A stretch of DNA of 15,488 nt, taken from positions 1-15,488 of IMG/VR virus record IMGVR_UViG_3300045988_099754. One strand, 5' to 3'. Source of the stretch: a virus. The notes beneath the pieces were generated by a model. That model searched no databases. It was not told the origin of the DNA and worked only from the letters and a program-made list of their open reading frames with translations. The position numbers and the translations under genes were made by a program. Each line of letters starts with the position of its first letter. Position 1 is the stretch's first letter. Shown here in pieces: positions 13,552 to 15,488 of the stretch.

Positions 13552-14391
13552 ATGGCAAATGAATTAAAGCCTTTAGTTCCTTTACTTTGTTGCGATATAC
13601 CTAGCGCGTACAGTAATAAACAAAGCTATTACGAGTGTTTATGTTATATCGGCTATAAAGTGAATGAGTGTATTGACGCAATTAACGGCTTTACAGACGC
13701 ATATAAGCAGTATACAGATGAAAAAATTGCAGGATTGAAAGCCTATATTGATGGTCTTAACACTGATATCTATAAGCACATCGCAGAAGTAGAAAAAAAT
13801 ATCCGAGATGATATGAATAAAAAAGATACTGAACTTGATGAAAAAATAAATAAAGTTCAAACAAATCTACTTGAAAAAATAAGTGCTTTAAATATTTTGA
13901 TTTATGACTTAAATGCTGAGACGCGAGAACATATTGACGGAGAAGTCAAAAAACTTTATGATTATATTAATAATTATGTCCCTAACAATATGGAGGTACT
14001 TAACCCTGTAAAGGGTTATTATACAAGCTTAAACCAAGCGTTAGCTGATATGTATGATAATCTACGGTATTATGCTTTAACGTGTAATGAATTTGATTCA
14101 TTAAATTTAACTTGCACTGAATTCGATAACTTGTTACTTAGTTGCACAGAGTTTGATTTATACGGGGCAAAAAGATTTCGTGTTGATAGCAACTTATATA
14201 TGCATGACCCTTTCACTGGTAAATATGTATTCTATCAAGATGTTATTTACAAACTAGCAGATTTACATTTTAACAATCCTATTACAGCTAGTGAATTTGA
14301 TGGTTTATTATTGACTGTAACAGGATTTGAAGCTAAGGCGTTAAGCGCTTACACATTCGATAGTAATGCCAAAACAGCGTTAAGATTATAA
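13552..14391 (+). CDS. Tail fibre / appendage-associated structural protein with coiled coil and EFD repeats (279 aa)
   Basis: ATG 13552 follows AAAGGGGGGTGA; the ORF-track start at GTG 13543 lies inside the SD. The protein has a central heptad-like coiled coil and a C-terminal series of 11-aa repeats (LTCNEFDSLNL, TCTEFDNLLLS, CTEFD..., ITASEFDGLLL, TVTGFEAKAL, SAYTFD). Its position between the collar and fibre genes supports a structural role. Confidence 0.45.
   Translation: MANELKPLVPLLCCDIPSAYSNKQSYYECLCYIGYKVNECIDAINGFTDAYKQYTDEKIAGLKAYIDGLNTDIYKHIAEVEKNIRDDMNKKDTELDEKINKVQTNLLEKISALNILIYDLNAETREHIDGEVKKLYDYINNYVPNNMEVLNPVKGYYTSLNQALADMYDNLRYYALTCNEFDSLNLTCTEFDNLLLSCTEFDLYGAKRFRVDSNLYMHDPFTGKYVFYQDVIYKLADLHFNNPITASEFDGLLLTVTGFEAKALSAYTFDSNAKTALRL
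14077..14175 (+). repeat. Three tandem imperfect 33-bp (11-codon) repeats within the fibre gene
   Basis: TTAACGTGTAATGAATTTGATTCATTAAAT / TTAACTTGCACTGAATTCGATAACTTGTTA / CTTAGTTGCACAGAGTTTGATTTATAC. More degenerate copies occur at about 14281-14370. Confidence 0.7.
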
Positions 14392-14407
14392 TTAAGGAGG
14401 ACAAAAC

Positions 14408-15115
14408 ATGAGTTCAACAAACAAAACAAATTATTATGACTTAAGTCAGTATATTGGTACTGACAAACCGACATACTTAGGAGACTACAACTCCGATATG
14501 TCTAAAATTGATGCAGGGATTCACGGTGTAGAGGACAAAGCTACCACAGCTTCACAGAACGCAGGAAGTGCAATTGCTAGAGTTAGCGAGGTAGAAAAAA
14601 CAGTGTCAGCACATACAGAAAGCATTACAACATTACAGGGCGATGTAAAAGGTTTAAAAGATAGTGTTAAAACTGCACAGAATACAGCTGCAGACGGCGT
14701 TCAAAAAGCTGAAAACGCGCAACAGACAGCTAACAGCGCACTTTTAACAGCAAATAATGCGAGTGCAAAAGCTGATAATGTCAATAAAGATGTAACGTTG
14801 TGGACAGGTACAAGTAAAAATTCACCTATCACATTAAATGACAGTTTAACCAATTATAGATTTTTATACATCGAAACAAACGAGGGCATTACGCCTGTTT
14901 TCCCTCTCAGAAATGATAAAAAGAAATACGTAGGTTGTCAGCAGGTTATATCGGCAGGTTCTTCTAACACTGTTGTTACTATTTCAATTAAAATAACTGT
15001 TAGTGATGATACACACATCACAATTTTAACTAATGCTATGGACCACAGTTTCAGTGACGGTCACCCATCATTAGACGCAATTGCTGTACTAGGTGTGTAT
15101 GGCATTCCAAGATAA
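14408..15115 (+). CDS. Tail fibre / receptor-binding protein (235 aa)
   Basis: The N-terminal motif NYYDLSQYIGTDKPTYLGDYNSDMSKIDAGI is typical of Firmicute phage fibre N-termini. An alanine/glutamine-rich coiled-coil stalk and a C-terminal beta-rich head of about 100 aa follow. It is the last late gene before the terminator. Confidence 0.6.
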   Translation: MSSTNKTNYYDLSQYIGTDKPTYLGDYNSDMSKIDAGIHGVEDKATTASQNAGSAIARVSEVEKTVSAHTESITTLQGDVKGLKDSVKTAQNTAADGVQKAENAQQTANSALLTANNASAKADNVNKDVTLWTGTSKNSPITLNDSLTNYRFLYIETNEGITPVFPLRNDKKKYVGCQQVISAGSSNTVVTISIKITVSDDTHITILTNAMDHSFSDGHPSLDAIAVLGVYGIPR

Positions 15116-15130
15116 TAATGGTGCGATATA

Positions 15131-15166
15131 AAAACCCCTCCTACAATTGAGGGGTTTTATTTTTAT
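15131..15166. terminator. Bidirectional rho-independent terminator
   Basis: AAAACCCCTC (15131-15140), an 8-nt loop, then GAGGGGTTTT (15149-15158). It is flanked by a T-run on the + strand (ATTTTTATT) and by TTTTTATAT when read on the - strand. It separates the convergent late operon and the right-end ORF. Confidence 0.85.
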
Positions 15167-15172
15167 TCCTCC

Positions 15173-15349
15173 TTAATTAATATTTTTATCTATCATTTCT
15201 CGCCTTAGTTCTTCTAACTCCTGCTCTAACTCCTTTTCTTTAATATATGCATATTCACTTTCTGGATACTTTTTCGAAAAATCGTATGCTTTAGCCCATT
15301 GATTTAATAATGCCTCGTATGCTAATTTATATAATCTTGATTCTACCAT
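15173..15349 (-). CDS. Right-end early protein, unknown function (58 aa, absent from the ORF track)
   Basis: Minus-strand ATG at 15349-15347; its A is the last base of the right ITR. It uses the ITR-borne promoter and SD AAGGAGG. Translation: MVESRLYKLAYEALLNQWAKAYDFSKKYPESEYAYIKEKELEQELEELRREMIDKNIN, with stop TAA at 15175-15173. Predicted helical. Confidence 0.6.
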   Translation of the reverse strand: MVESRLYKLAYEALLNQWAKAYDFSKKYPESEYAYIKEKELEQELEELRREMIDKNIN

Positions 15350-15488
15350 TTTTATTCCTCCTTATTTTATGCGTTATCTTTGTTTCTATAATTATAATAC
15401 CACACACACACCCGATTATTTGTCAAGTATTTTTTCATGCTTTTTTAAACAAATGGGGGTCGTGGTCTCATTGGGAATAACGTAAGCC
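15349..15488. repeat. Right inverted terminal repeat (140 bp)
   Basis: Exact reverse complement of 1-140. Confidence 0.95.
15391..15426 (-). promoter_or_regulatory. Early promoter inside the right ITR (mirror of 63-98)
   Basis: Exact reverse complement of the left ITR promoter. TTGACA at 15426-15421 and TATTATAAT at 15399-15391 on the minus strand. Confidence 0.5.

Noticed and set aside
1678-13860. Antisense or alternate-frame ORFs from the track: 1678-1875, 2037-2300, 2274-2468, 3575-4027, 4569-4814, 6329-6553, 7244-7489, 7428-7643, 7867-8121, 8468-8698, 9930-10115, 11038-11295, 12502-12693, 12527-12775 and 13639-13860
   Set aside because: All lie wholly within or across well-supported + strand genes. 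They lack ribosome-binding sites and have low-complexity or Cys/Ile/Phe-rich translations typical of shadow frames in AT-rich DNA.
15160-15174. Orphan fourth copy of the SD block AAGGAGGAATAAAAA on the minus strand, with no start codon after it
   Set aside because: It overlaps the stop codon of the 58-aa ORF and forms the T-tract of the + strand terminator, which explains it adequately. It could be a remnant of a deleted gene, but nothing in the sequence supports that.
1-15488. Looked for lysogeny or mobile-element genes (integrase, repressor/Cro pair, transposase), tRNAs and CRISPR arrays
   Set aside because: No ORF shows recombinase or repressor motifs. I noticed no cloverleaf-like or repeat-spacer structures. 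The only repeats are the ITRs, the parS palindromes, the shared SD/promoter blocks and the 33-bp fibre repeats.

Overview
The window appears to be a complete linear genome, 15,488 bp, of a phi29-like podophage that replicates by protein priming. The host is probably a low-GC Firmicute. Bases 1-140 are the exact reverse complement of 15349-15488, so the window starts and ends on 140-bp inverted terminal repeats (ITRs). Nineteen of the 20 genes are on the + strand, and nearly all have strong AGGAGG-type ribosome-binding sites.

Gene order, left to right:
- three early ORFans
- an AbrB/SpoVT-like regulator
- a putative terminal protein
- a family-B protein-primed DNA polymerase
- a separately promoted and terminated module with p6-like and p5-like DNA-binding proteins
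- a gp16-like packaging ATPase
- a 253-bp non-coding gap with its own consensus promoter (candidate packaging RNA)
- a late operon: BhlA-type holin, GH25 endolysin, two-domain tail lysin, scaffold, major capsid protein, gp9-like tail knob, gp10-like connector, lower collar and two fibre proteins
- a bidirectional terminator
- one inward-facing 58-aa ORF that the six-frame ORF track does not list, driven by the right ITR

I found no integrase, repressor, tRNA or CRISPR.

The most striking feature is an array of host-type chromosomal parS sites (TGTTTCACGTGAAACA). There are four perfect copies, one with a single mismatch, and two degenerate satellite copies. They sit at module boundaries, next to promoters, and once inside a coding sequence. 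No parA or parB gene is present. This suggests the phage recruits host ParB/Spo0J, for example for spore entrapment or carrier-state segregation as reported for phi29, or to gate transcription.

All calls come from reading the sequence and from remembered family motifs. No searches were run.
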